Origin: Chloroflexota bacterium
Lineage (GTDB): Bacteria; Chloroflexota; Dehalococcoidia; Lucifugimonadales; UBA3495
Length of the DNA: 54,656 nt
Direction of reading: 5' to 3'
Assembly: GCA_027623675.1 (NCBI GenBank)
Contig: JAQBVF010000024.1
Coordinates: 1 to 54,656 of the forward strand
Shown here: positions 1 to 9,717 of the stretch, piece after piece
Layout of the letters: the number at the start of each line of letters is the position of its first letter
Position numbering within the stretch: the first letter of the stretch is position 1
Notes under the pieces: generated by a model
What the model was told of the DNA's origin: nothing
Databases searched by the model: none
What the model saw: only the letters and a program-made list of their open reading frames with translations
Translations under genes and position numbers: made by a program

Positions 1-20
1 TGACATGTCCCACTCCTTCC
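1..20 (-). other. Probable start of a minus-strand gene running off the window edge
   Basis: Minus strand reads GGAAGGAG-TGGGAC-ATG TCA (SD plus ATG at 6..4); only two codons are visible. Confidence 0.4.
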
Positions 21-91
21 TCACAGCAACAGCTGTGGCTATTTTAGGAGCGGAACTCTCACTTAGCTACCTGTCCGAATTTCCGGGTCCA

Positions 92-116
92 CCTCACGCT
101 ACGCGCTCGGGGTGAC
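92..116 (-). repeat. REP-like GTCA-initiated palindromic unit
   Basis: Minus strand GTCACCCCGAGCGCGTAGCGTGAGG; intergenic; resembles the other GTCA/GCTCATCCTGAGC-type repeats in the window. Confidence 0.35.
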
Positions 117-215
117 TCTCGGTTAGAAAATAAGTGAGGGGGCTGTGGAGACTTTCGGGGCAGTGTCCCCGGCGGGGAAGGTTGGTATGGGGGCGACGCC
201 ACTGGAAAGCCAGCC

Positions 216-689
216 CTATAAGACCAGTATCTTCCCTTCCACTCGCCCCGGCCCCACCTCCAGCAGCCCGATTGACGGCACGACCTTGAACCGCCGTTTG
301 CCTGCCGCCCCTGGGTTGAAGAAGGTTAGCGGTCCGCGCTGTTCATGGAAGGCCATGTGGCTGTGGCCGAAGACAACCGTGTTGGCGCCAGCGTCCAGAT
401 AAGGGGAAAGCCCGGCTTGGTCGCCCTCTTTCGGGACCTTGACGATGTGGGTGAGGTAGATTTGACACCCACCCAAGTTGACGGATTCGACTTCGGGGAA
501 CTGGGACTCGGGCCCTTCCCGGTCGTTGTTGCCCCGCACGGCGGTCACCGGCGCGATCGCCGCTAGCTGCTCGATGATTCGGACCGCGCCGATGTCCCCC
601 GCGTGCAGTATGTGCTCGACGCCATCCAAAAGCGGCGGCACGCGCGGGTCATAGAAGCCGTGGGTGTCGGAAACCACGCCGATCAACAT
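216..689 (-). CDS. Metallophosphoesterase, YfcE/MJ0936 family
   Basis: SDTHG, HAGD, VRGNND, GHSH and NPG motifs; start at 689 preferred over 698. Confidence 0.9.
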   Translation of the reverse strand: MLIGVVSDTHGFYDPRVPPLLDGVEHILHAGDIGAVRIIEQLAAIAPVTAVRGNNDREGPESQFPEVESVNLGGCQIYLTHIVKVPKEGDQAGLSPYLDAGANTVVFGHSHMAFHEQRGPLTFFNPGAAGKRRFKVVPSIGLLEVGPGRVEGKILVL

Positions 690-724
690 GGCCCACATTA
701 TTCCACTTGCGGTATATTAACGCC

Positions 725-1564
725 ATGCCGGAAGCGCCTGACCTGGAAGTCATCAAGGACTATCTGAACGCCGAACTGAAAGACGTTTCGGTGGCGTCGT
801 GCCTGGTGTTGCGGCCCACGGTTGTCCGGTCGCTGACGGGGGAGATGGCCTCTGATCTGCCGGGACGCTGGTTCCTAGACGCCAAGCGCTGGGGCAAGTT
901 CCTGACGCTGCGGTTCTCGGGCGGGCGGAGTCTGGTCATCAACCCCATGCTGACCGGGGCGTTGCAGCACTGCCAGGAGAGCGAACGGGTCCTCAAGAAG
1001 ACCTCGGTGGTACTGACCCTTAACACCGGGATGGACCTGCGGTACCTGGATGACCGGCAGATGGGCAAGGTCTACTTTATAGACAACGGGGAGGACGGTG
1101 GCGACGCCCAGGACGATCAGGTGCCCCAATACACGGAGTTGGGGCCGGACGTACTATCGGGCATCTCCATCGAGGAGTTCCAACAGCGGCTGAAGAAGTA
1201 TAACGGAGAGATCAAGGGCGTCTTGACCCGCGGGGCCTTCATATCGGGCATCGGAAACGCCTATTCCGACGAGATACTGTTCGCCGCCGGAATCTCGCCC
1301 TTCAAGAAATGCCGCGCCCTCAAGCCAGAGGAGTTGCAGGCGCTCCATGCCCAGTGCCGCCAGGTGCTGGAGGAGGCCACGGAGGTTCTGCGGGAGCGCA
1401 TGGGCGGGGTTATCCACAAGAAGTTCCGCGACTTCCTTAAGGTGCACAACAAGGGTGGGCAACCCTGCCCCAGATGCGGCGGCAACATCACTCAATTGAA
1501 CGCCAATCAGCGCATCACCAGCTATTGCCGCCACTGTCAGCCCGGCCTGTTGATACGCAACTAG
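725..1564 (+). CDS. Fpg/Nei-family DNA glycosylase/AP lyase
   Basis: N-terminal MPEAPD (catalytic Pro2 fixes the start at ATG 725), RWGKFL, H2TH motif GIGNAYSDEIL, zinc finger CPRC...YCRHCQ. Confidence 0.92.
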   Translation: MPEAPDLEVIKDYLNAELKDVSVASCLVLRPTVVRSLTGEMASDLPGRWFLDAKRWGKFLTLRFSGGRSLVINPMLTGALQHCQESERVLKKTSVVLTLNTGMDLRYLDDRQMGKVYFIDNGEDGGDAQDDQVPQYTELGPDVLSGISIEEFQQRLKKYNGEIKGVLTRGAFISGIGNAYSDEILFAAGISPFKKCRALKPEELQALHAQCRQVLEEATEVLRERMGGVIHKKFRDFLKVHNKGGQPCPRCGGNITQLNANQRITSYCRHCQPGLLIRN

Positions 1565-1699
1565 CAGATCCGTGCGATCTTCCCCAAAGATTGGGGATGA
1601 GGCCCAACCTGGCCCCACGTTGTTTCAAATAATCGATATTTTATGATAAAGCGGTTATATGAAACGCGGCTTCAGCTTCGACAGGCATGATATTGAGTA

Positions 1700-1729
1700 T
1701 TGACATCGGTCGCCCTGATTCATTAATGT
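1700..1729 (+). promoter_or_regulatory. Candidate sigma70-type promoter of the DUF1800 operon
   Basis: TTGACA (1700-1705), 18-nt spacer, TAATGT (1724-1729) in an AT-rich intergenic region. Confidence 0.5.
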
Positions 1730-1897
1730 TTCCATAAATCGATCGCCGTTGGTTTTTTCTGCCAAAAACCAACGGGTGATTACCGGTTTTCAGCCCGTAA
1801 ACAAGTGTCCGGTGTTACCAAAGTAACCGGATCTGTGTTGGTTGAACAATTTTCACCTTGATCTAGCAGATACCCGTTCATGGAGAAGGAGGAATTA

Positions 1898-3322
1898 ATG
1901 CCTGACGAGAAGATTGCACTGATGGCCCACCTTCTGCGCCGCGCCGGTTATGGGGCGAGCCGCGACGAGATTGAGGCCAGAGTTGCCCAGGGTTACGACA
2001 GCGTGGTCGAGGAACTCTTGAACCCGGGCGACGACCCTGGGATCGACGAAGACCTGATGTACCGCGCCTATCCGTCCTATTTCGACAAGGCCGCCATCGA
2101 GACCGGCCAGACCGAATGGGTCTACCGGATGATCAACAACAAGTACCAATTGAAAGAGAAGATGGCCCTCTTCTGGCATACCATCCTCTGCGCCGGCGAC
2201 AACAAGGTGGACAACGCCCGGACCACGGCGATCCAGATCGATAAGTTCCGGGACATGGGCATGGGCAACTTCAAAGACATGCTCATGATGCTTTCCACCG
2301 ACCCGGCCATGCTCTATTACCTGGACAACATCGAAAGCCACAAGACGGCCGTTAACGAGAACTATGGCCGGGAGCTTTTGGAGCTGTTCTCCATCGGCGT
2401 GGGCATGGACAACGAATTCAACTACACCGAGGACGACGTTAAGGCCTGCGCCCGCGCCTTCACCGGCTGGAACCTGGCCCCGACCATACCGGTATTTCCC
2501 TACGGCCGGACCCCATTTGAGTTCCGCTTCGACCCGGCCGACCACGACTACGGCGAGAAGACCTTCCTGGGCGAGACCGGCAACTGGGACGGCGGAGACA
2601 TCGTAGACATCATCTGCAAGCAGCCAGCCACCGCCCGGTTCGTCGCCCGCAAGCTCTACGACTTCTTTGTCGCCGATGAGCCGCCGGTGCCCTCCTGGCG
2701 CCTGAGCGCGCCTCGTGACCTGGCAGCCATCCAAGCCCTGGAGAAGGCGTATTTCGATTCCGGGTACGAGATCACCGCCATGCTGCGGGTATTGTTCCAC
2801 TCGGACTTCTTCAAGGACGAGAGCGTGCGTTTCGCCAAGGTGAAGAGCCCAGCCGACGTGGTCATCGGGACGATGCGGATGGTGGGCGACCACACCGAGC
2901 CCAAGCCGGGGCTGTTCTTCGTGGCCATGGAGCCCAAGTACATGGGATTGGACCTGATGAACCCGCCCACGGTTGAGGGCTGGCATATGGGCCGGGAGTG
3001 GATCAACAGCGGCAGTCTGATCGACCGAATCAACTTCGCCTCATCCATGCTGGGCAACACCGACCTGCCCGGCGTCAAGAAAATCGTCGATCGGCTGATG
3101 GGTCTGGGCGACGTTCCCACATCCGAGCAATTTCTGAACGGCTGCTTGGACTTGGTCGGCCCCTTGGACCTGGCCGAAGAGACCCGCAGCCAGCTTACCG
3201 AGCACTTGGACGCCGGCGGGGCACTGAAGCACGGCACCGAGTCTGAGCGGAACGACTTCACTAAACGGACCGGCGAGGCTCTGAAGATGATCGCCACCAC
3301 ATCAGAGTTCCAGTTCGGCTAG
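1898..3322 (+). CDS. DUF1800 family protein
   Basis: HLLRRAGYG, LKEKMALFWH, PAMLYYLDN, NENYGRELLELFSIG, ARAFTGW, PPTVEGW motifs; SD AAGGAGG before ATG 1898. Confidence 0.88.
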   Translation: MPDEKIALMAHLLRRAGYGASRDEIEARVAQGYDSVVEELLNPGDDPGIDEDLMYRAYPSYFDKAAIETGQTEWVYRMINNKYQLKEKMALFWHTILCAGDNKVDNARTTAIQIDKFRDMGMGNFKDMLMMLSTDPAMLYYLDNIESHKTAVNENYGRELLELFSIGVGMDNEFNYTEDDVKACARAFTGWNLAPTIPVFPYGRTPFEFRFDPADHDYGEKTFLGETGNWDGGDIVDIICKQPATARFVARKLYDFFVADEPPVPSWRLSAPRDLAAIQALEKAYFDSGYEITAMLRVLFHSDFFKDESVRFAKVKSPADVVIGTMRMVGDHTEPKPGLFFVAMEPKYMGLDLMNPPTVEGWHMGREWINSGSLIDRINFASSMLGNTDLPGVKKIVDRLMGLGDVPTSEQFLNGCLDLVGPLDLAEETRSQLTEHLDAGGALKHGTESERNDFTKRTGEALKMIATTSEFQFG

Positions 3323-3396
3323 GCGGCCCAGTAGACCACGGTCCAAGACCAGACTAGATATTCGCAGTTAACCGATTTATCGGCGGAGGAATAGAG

Positions 3397-4533
3397 ATGG
3401 TATCAACGGTTAAAGATCCAGTCCTGGCAGTTATGTCATTGTCCGGCGGCAATGACGGCATGAACACGGTCATTCCTTACAACAACCCGCTCTACCGGGA
3501 TTACCGCCCCTCGCTTGGTATCCCGGAAGACCAGATCATACCCCTCACCGACCAACTGGGGCTGCACCCGGCCATGGCCCCGTTGAAGAAGTACTGGGAT
3601 GCCGGCAACCTGGCCATAATCCTGGGCGTGGGCTATCCCAACGGCAGCCTGTCCCACTTTCGGTCGATGGACATCTGGGCCACCTGTGAGCCCGACGAAT
3701 TGGGACTTACCGGATGGCTGGGCAGCGTGATTCACGACGTGGACCCCGCCGGCGAAAACGTGCTGACCGGAGTTAACTTCGGCCGCGGACTTCCCCGCTC
3801 TCTGGCCAAAGAAGGTGTGGCCGTGGCGTCCGTGGGTGACTTGAGCACCTACGGGCTGCTCACCGACATCGGCGCGGAGGCCCAGCGGACCGAAGCTTTG
3901 GACCTGTTTGGCCGTATGTACGCCCCAGCCATCGGACAGGGCGCGGTCGACGACTACATCCGCCGCACCGGGATCGAAGCGCTGAAGGGCGCCGACATCC
4001 TCAGCACGGCGCCCGGCATGTACCGTTCCGAGGTTGAGTACGCCAGCAGCGCCATGGGCGGTTACCTCCGCGACATGGCCCAGGTGCACAACGCCGACTT
4101 TGGCGCCAGGGTGTTGTTCACCACGGCTCCCTATAACATCTTCGACACCCACGCCAACCAGTCGGTGGGACACGCCAACCTGTTGCGGGACGTGGCGGTG
4201 AACGTTGATTCGTTCATGACCGACATCCGCCAACTGGGCAAGAGCGACAACGTTACGCTGTTCTTCTACTCTGAGTTCGGGCGGCGGGCCATGGACAACG
4301 GCTCGGGAACGGACCACGGCACCGGCGGAGTGGCCTTCGCCCTGGGCGACCACGTTAAGGGCGGCCTCTACGGCGAGTACCCCTCCCTGGAGGCGGGCAA
4401 GCTGGAAGACGGCGGCAACCTGCAGCACAACGTGGACTTCCGGCAGGCCTACACCACCCTGCTGGACCGGTGGATGGGCTTGGATGCCAAGGCCATCGTC
4501 GGCGGAAGCTACGAAGCCCTGGACTTTATCTAA
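3397..4533 (+). CDS. DUF1501 family protein
   Basis: LSGGNDGMNT, SHFRSMDIW, FDTHANQ, SEFGRR, NGSGTDHG, VKGGLYG, VDFR motifs; adjacent to DUF1800. Confidence 0.88.
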   Translation: MVSTVKDPVLAVMSLSGGNDGMNTVIPYNNPLYRDYRPSLGIPEDQIIPLTDQLGLHPAMAPLKKYWDAGNLAIILGVGYPNGSLSHFRSMDIWATCEPDELGLTGWLGSVIHDVDPAGENVLTGVNFGRGLPRSLAKEGVAVASVGDLSTYGLLTDIGAEAQRTEALDLFGRMYAPAIGQGAVDDYIRRTGIEALKGADILSTAPGMYRSEVEYASSAMGGYLRDMAQVHNADFGARVLFTTAPYNIFDTHANQSVGHANLLRDVAVNVDSFMTDIRQLGKSDNVTLFFYSEFGRRAMDNGSGTDHGTGGVAFALGDHVKGGLYGEYPSLEAGKLEDGGNLQHNVDFRQAYTTLLDRWMGLDAKAIVGGSYEALDFI

Positions 4534-4621
4534 GAGACTAGGCTCTTGAATCATTTCATGGATCTAAGCCTCACCGCGGCCCGGAACTTGCCGCGATGGG
4601 GCGTCGACATTCCGAAGGAGA

Positions 4622-5689
4622 ATGGCAATGGCTAGTGTATTCCTGGGGATAAACGACCGGACGTTCACCTATAGCTTCACCGCCGGCCGGTCCGAGTTTC
4701 AGGGCACCGGGTTCCGCAACCCGATGGACTTCGCCCTGGGACCCGACGACCTGGTTTACGTGGTGAACCGCTCCTATGAGTCGCGGTCAGACGGCACCCG
4801 CATCAACCTCTTCCGCATCGGCGAAGGAAAAGAAGAGTACATCACCGAATTCGGTTCCTACGGCGATCAGCCCGGTCAGTTCATCTGGCCCATGGCCATC
4901 GCCTTGGATAAAGACACCAACGTCTACGTAACCGATGAATGGACCCACCGGATCACAATCTTTAACAAAGATGGCGAGTACCAGAGGCACTGGGGGATTC
5001 ACGGGTCCGGAGACGGTGAGTTGGACCGTCCGGCCGGCATCACCATCAGCAAGGACGAGACCGTCTACGTGGTGGACAGCCGGAACAACCGGGTGCAGAT
5101 GTTCAGCCTGGATGGCAAGCATCTGGGCCAGTTCGGCAGCGCCGGTGAAGGCGAAGGCGAGTTCAATCTGCCTTGGGGCATCTGCCTGGACAAAGAAGGC
5201 AACGTGTTCGTCGCCGACTGGCGCAACGACCGCGTCCAGTCCTTCACCAGCGATGGCAAGTGGCTGGCCACGTTTGGCCGGCCAGGCACCGGTGGAGACT
5301 GCTCCATCGCCAGGGAGCAGGGCGGCATGGCCTACGTCGACGTTCCCGTTGGCCAGTTCAACCGCCCGACCGGTGTCTGCGTCGACGACGACGGCGATAT
5401 CTACATCGCCGACTGGTTGAACAACCGGGTGCAGGTGCTGACGTCCGAGGGCCGGTTCATAACCGAGTTCAACGGGGACGCGGCTCTTTCGGCGCTGGGC
5501 ATCGACAAGATCAAGTCCAACCCGGATATGATTCGGCAGCGCAACGGCGTTCGGGACTTCACCCCCGAGAAGGTGCTGTGGGCGCCCTGCGCGGTGCGCG
5601 TCGACCGCCGAGGCCGCGTCATGATCGCGGACACCTCCCGGCACCGGTTCCAGGTTTACCAGAAGAACGGTGAGCCGGTACTGGTCTAA
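4622..5689 (+). CDS. NHL-repeat beta-propeller protein
   Basis: Repeated F..P.GI.....YV.D..N.RVQ units; SD GAAGGAG. Confidence 0.88.
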   Translation: MAMASVFLGINDRTFTYSFTAGRSEFQGTGFRNPMDFALGPDDLVYVVNRSYESRSDGTRINLFRIGEGKEEYITEFGSYGDQPGQFIWPMAIALDKDTNVYVTDEWTHRITIFNKDGEYQRHWGIHGSGDGELDRPAGITISKDETVYVVDSRNNRVQMFSLDGKHLGQFGSAGEGEGEFNLPWGICLDKEGNVFVADWRNDRVQSFTSDGKWLATFGRPGTGGDCSIAREQGGMAYVDVPVGQFNRPTGVCVDDDGDIYIADWLNNRVQVLTSEGRFITEFNGDAALSALGIDKIKSNPDMIRQRNGVRDFTPEKVLWAPCAVRVDRRGRVMIADTSRHRFQVYQKNGEPVLV

Positions 5690-5807
5690 ACGGCCAGCCA
5701 TGCTGGTTTAGTGGGAAATTCTCTGGCGCTTGGGTGGCTGAACTGCCCAAGCGCCAGTTTTTTTTGGCGCACTCGGCTGTGCCTGGATAACTCAGCCAGA
5801 GACAGGC

Positions 5808-6704
5808 CTAGGCTGGTTCAGGGTCGGGAGGCCGCACCATCAGCACCGGGCGTTCGCAGTGGCGCACCACTCGGTCGGCGATGCTCCCCCACATCAGGGC
5901 TTCGCCGTCCCGCCGAATCAATCGCCTCACTCCGGAGCGGCCATGGGTGGTTATGGCCACCATGCTGGCTTCGGTCTCTTGGGCCACGGCCACTATGGCG
6001 TCGCCCGGCCGGCCTTTACGCACCAGTTCCCGCACCGACGACACCCCTTGGCTGCTCAGCCTCTCATTGACCTTTTCCAGATAATTTTGGGAGGCGGCCT
6101 GTTCGTGCTCGTAGGGGACCATGAGCAGCACCACTTCCAGGTCCAGGTTCTTGGCCAGGGCGACCACGTGGGGAGATATCTGATTCTCGGAAACCGATGA
6201 CCCGTCGAGGGGCATGATGATCGACTTTATGGCTACTTCCGCTTCCGGCGCGTTGTTACCTTCGGTCCCATGCCGAGGCCCATGCCCCGGCCCAGGCCTG
6301 ACCACCAACATGGGTTTGCCGGAGGTGCGGAGCACTTGGTCCATCACGCTGCCCATGACCCAGCGGCCGATGCCCATGCGCCCGTGGGTGGAGATGGCAA
6401 CCAGGGTGTCGGGTTCTTTCCGGGCCTCTCGGGAGATGCAGGCGGCGGGACCGTGTTCCTCCACCAGGCATGAGACGCTCACGTCCAGGTTGCCCAGTGA
6501 GGCCTTCATCCTGTTCAGGTATTCCAGGGCTTGGGTGTGAAGGTTGAGACCGCCGCCAGGTTCCTGCCGGCCTTGGAGGTGGCCGGGGACGATGCGCAAT
6601 AACTCGATGCGTGAGCCGAATGCGCGCCCCAACGCCCGGGTCCAAGGCAGGACCTGTTCAGACAGCCGGGAGCCGTCCAGGGGGACCAGGATCCGTTGAT
6701 ACAT
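5808..6704 (-). CDS. Tandem-domain universal stress protein
   Basis: Two ILVPLDGS...THGR.G...GSV/GSI...P.LVVR USP domains. Confidence 0.9.
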   Translation of the reverse strand: MYQRILVPLDGSRLSEQVLPWTRALGRAFGSRIELLRIVPGHLQGRQEPGGGLNLHTQALEYLNRMKASLGNLDVSVSCLVEEHGPAACISREARKEPDTLVAISTHGRMGIGRWVMGSVMDQVLRTSGKPMLVVRPGPGHGPRHGTEGNNAPEAEVAIKSIIMPLDGSSVSENQISPHVVALAKNLDLEVVLLMVPYEHEQAASQNYLEKVNERLSSQGVSSVRELVRKGRPGDAIVAVAQETEASMVAITTHGRSGVRRLIRRDGEALMWGSIADRVVRHCERPVLMVRPPDPEPA

Positions 6705-6947
6705 GCTTGTGCTCCTTCTCGATGGAGCGCCGTCGTGTGACCTTGCTGCGTTCGGCGGTCACCGCCCTGTCAATCTCCTGATTTTGACTTAATGAATCAA
6801 CTTTTTATTGTTTCAAACTGTAGATCCGCGCGCCAACTCCGTCAATCGCTTTCTGAAGGCATGGCAGGCCGTGGGGCGGCCAAAGCTGGTATGCTGCCAC
6901 TTGGCGCAAAAGGCGACTCAACAGCGATACAGGAGTGGAGAGCAGCC

Positions 6948-7748
6948 ATGACTCAGGACAACCACGACAACGGGCCGGGTTTGGTCGCCCAGCAGGTTTT
7001 TGGCCCTCAGGCGGCGGTCTATGCCACGAGCCAGGTGCACATTCGGGACGACAGTCTGGAGTCGGTGGAGCGCATGGTGGGGGCCGGAGTGGGGTCCAAC
7101 CGCTACGGCTGGACCGTCGATCTGGGCACCGGCGCCGGGTTCACCGCCTTTGCCGTGGCCGGAGTATCGGACCGGGTGGTGGCCAGTGACGTTACCGAGC
7201 CCATGCTGCGCCAGGCCCAGCGCTTGGGGCAGGAACGGGGCATCGCCAACCTGGCTCTGATCCAGAACGCCGCCGAGGCCCTGCCATTTGCCGGCGAGTC
7301 GGTTGACCTGGTCACGTCTCGGGTGTCGGCACACCACTTCAGGGACTTCGAGAAGGCGCTGGATGAGGCCCAACGAGTTCTGAAGCCGGGCGGCTCCTTG
7401 CTCATGGCCGACAGCGTGGCCCCCGAGGACGATGACATCTGCGATTGGATGAACGCCATCGAGCTGCGCCGGGACTTCAGCCATGTCGAGAACCGCAAGA
7501 TATCGCGCATCACCGGGATGCTGACGGAGCGCGGATTCACCGTCATGGAGAACGATTACCCCCGTATCTACCTCCGCTTCAACGAATGGACCGCCCGCAC
7601 CAGGGTCTCGCCGGAGGAGACCGAATCGCTGCGCCGGGACTTCGTCCAAGCCCCTGCCGCCACCCGCGAGTCCTTCCAGGTAGCACCGGTCCACAACGAC
7701 ATTGCCTTCTCCTGGCCCTGCTGGGTGTTCCGCGCGGTTAAGGGGTAG
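6948..7748 (+). CDS. Class I SAM-dependent methyltransferase
   Basis: VDLGTGAG motif I, AEALPF, SAHHF.D, RVLKPGG; SD AGGAG/GGAG before ATG 6948. Confidence 0.85.
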   Translation: MTQDNHDNGPGLVAQQVFGPQAAVYATSQVHIRDDSLESVERMVGAGVGSNRYGWTVDLGTGAGFTAFAVAGVSDRVVASDVTEPMLRQAQRLGQERGIANLALIQNAAEALPFAGESVDLVTSRVSAHHFRDFEKALDEAQRVLKPGGSLLMADSVAPEDDDICDWMNAIELRRDFSHVENRKISRITGMLTERGFTVMENDYPRIYLRFNEWTARTRVSPEETESLRRDFVQAPAATRESFQVAPVHNDIAFSWPCWVFRAVKG

Positions 7749-7751
7749 AAC

Positions 7752-8201
7752 TCAAGGCTTCCTTCTGGATGATTCATACAGTTGGATAAACGCAGACACA
7801 GGTGTCCGTGATACTGCCTCGCCGATCAGGTCAATGGGCAGGTCATCAAGGTTCTTGAACCGGACGCACGACCGGCCCATATCCAACTTCTTCCCAGTGG
7901 CCTTGAACCTCTCGACGAACCATTCCTTTTCGGACTCGCTCCCGTAGATGTTCATCAGATAGACGGTCATGTATGACTTCTGAGAGGCCAGAGCGGCAAA
8001 CACAAGCGGCGACCCGTTGTAGGTCTTCGGGTAGGTCGAGAGGGGTATGATGTAGGAGATCATTCCGTGCTGGAAGGTCTCTTCGTACCCAACCGGCAGG
8101 TTTTCTAAGATCGCGTCACGCACAACGCTAATGGTTTCCCTGCGGTCGTCTTGCAATTGCTGCAAATATCCGCCCACCGTTTGAGCATCTGCCTGCGTCA
8201 T
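7752..8201 (-). CDS. DUF1801-like protein
   Basis: LPVGYEE...GMISY, LASQKSYMTVY, GKKLDMGRSCVRFK. Confidence 0.75.
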   Translation of the reverse strand: MTQADAQTVGGYLQQLQDDRRETISVVRDAILENLPVGYEETFQHGMISYIIPLSTYPKTYNGSPLVFAALASQKSYMTVYLMNIYGSESEKEWFVERFKATGKKLDMGRSCVRFKNLDDLPIDLIGEAVSRTPVSAFIQLYESSRRKP

Positions 8202-8870
8202 TTAACTCCCCCACTCTTCCAGGTTGTAGGCCATGTCCCAGAACCGGCGTTCCAGGCGGACGCTGGTTAGGTAGGCCTGGCCCATGGCGGCCTGCTCGGC
8301 GGGGCCGGCTTCGGCGGCTATGCGGTCGGCCATGTCCCGGATGTGGCGGGCCAGTGCGGCGAACTCCTCCGAGGTGTACATCTGGATCCACCGGGCGTAG
8401 AGGGGCGCGTTCTGGGGCAGGCCCTGTTGCTGCAGATGGTCGCCGATCTCCCAGTAACCCCATTGGCAGGGGAGCAGCGACGCCACCAACTCGCCGAAGC
8501 TGCCCTGGTGGGCTGTCTTGAGCAGGAAACTGGTGTAGGCGACGGTTGTGGGCGCGGCCACCGTGGCCTCCAACTCCTGGGCGCTGATGCCGAACTCCTG
8601 GCAGTAGCCGCGGTGGAGGGCCATCTCCACGTTTAGGGTCTCATCCAGAAGTCCGGCGAACCAGGACATGTCGTCGAGCCGCGGGGCCATCGCCGAGGCC
8701 AAGGCGAGTGTTCGGCTGTAGTCGATTAGGTAGGCGTAGTCCTGGGACACGTAGAACTTGAACTTCTCCACGGGCAGTGAGCCGTCGCCCACGCCGGTGA
8801 CGAAGGGATGGGCCAAGATGGCATCTCGTAACGGTTGAGTCCGCCGTTCAATCTCTGCTATGAAACCCAT
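8202..8870 (-). CDS. tenA: Thiaminase II (aminopyrimidine aminohydrolase)
   Basis: HPFV, FKFYVSQDYAYL, catalytic LLPCQWGY, Y..WI..Y, LE..FWDMAY. Confidence 0.9.
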   Translation of the reverse strand: MGFIAEIERRTQPLRDAILAHPFVTGVGDGSLPVEKFKFYVSQDYAYLIDYSRTLALASAMAPRLDDMSWFAGLLDETLNVEMALHRGYCQEFGISAQELEATVAAPTTVAYTSFLLKTAHQGSFGELVASLLPCQWGYWEIGDHLQQQGLPQNAPLYARWIQMYTSEEFAALARHIRDMADRIAAEAGPAEQAAMGQAYLTSVRLERRFWDMAYNLEEWGS

Positions 8871-9263
8871 TTACGCCCTCGAAGTCCAAGATATTCGTTT
8901 GAGATTGGATGATACTGCCTGGCTTTGTCGCTGAAAGAGGGATATATTTCAGCGGTCATAAGTGGATTGCCACCCTCAACCGATCGCCGCCCGCCGCCTG
9001 GCGGGTGACAACGATTCTAGGAGGGGCGCAGCTGGCAGTCAATTTCAGGCGCGGATCTAGGCACGAAAAGACCAGGGGCAGGCCGCAGACCGGCCCCGCT
9101 TTCCCCTCAGACCGGGCATGCCGTATAATCAAACTGGCCCCACTTATGGGGTTAATTTCGCGTTCCGATCAGCAATGTCCACCGGGATAACCCGACCGAC
9201 ATGGCTGAAACCGCATTCCAATCAGGAATGTCCATCGGGATATTCAAACGGAAGTGACCAACA

Positions 9264-9713
9264 ATGGAAGTAGTTTTCACCCAGGACGTTCCCAATAAAG
9301 CCAGGGCCGGCGAGGTCCGGCGCGTGCCCGACGGTTACGCCCGCAATTATCTTCTGCCCCAGGGGCTGGCGGAGATCGCCACCGCCGAGGTGTTGAAGCG
9401 GATCCACAAGATCACCGCTGTCGGAGACGAGATACGTGTCCGTGAGACAGCCGTCATGGAGGAGTTGGCCCAAGGGTTGGAAGACGTGACCGTCACCCTG
9501 TCAGCCAGAGTCACCCCCACCGGCCGGTACTACGGCGCCATCACCAGCACCCACATCGCCATGGAATTGGCTGAGAAGGTTGGCCGGGAGGTGGAACGAC
9601 GCTGGGTGGAGATCGCCGAGCCGATCCGCGAGCCCGGTGAATACGATGTGACGCTTCGGTTCTCCACCGAAGTCACCGCCACGGTACACGTGAAAGCTGA
9701 GGTGGAAGAATAG
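9264..9713 (+). CDS. rplI: 50S ribosomal protein L9
   Basis: V..GYARNYLLPQGLA, GRYYGAIT, PIREPGEY. Confidence 0.95.
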   Translation: MEVVFTQDVPNKARAGEVRRVPDGYARNYLLPQGLAEIATAEVLKRIHKITAVGDEIRVRETAVMEELAQGLEDVTVTLSARVTPTGRYYGAITSTHIAMELAEKVGREVERRWVEIAEPIREPGEYDVTLRFSTEVTATVHVKAEVEE

Positions 9714-9717
9714 GGCG

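Noticed and set aside
1675..1690. GCTTCGACAGGCATGA resembles the REP-like family
   Set aside because: Partial match lacking the stem; could be chance
1895..5701. Long antisense ORFs opposite DUF1800, DUF1501 and NHL (similar ones at 22255, 35666, 48850)
   Set aside because: Expected shadows of high-GC3 genes that rarely use TTA/CTA/TCA; no SD or protein-like features
8871..9263. Possible TPP riboswitch upstream of tenA
   Set aside because: No CTGAGA/ACCTGA core on the minus strand (only CTGAGG); the region looks like divergent promoters
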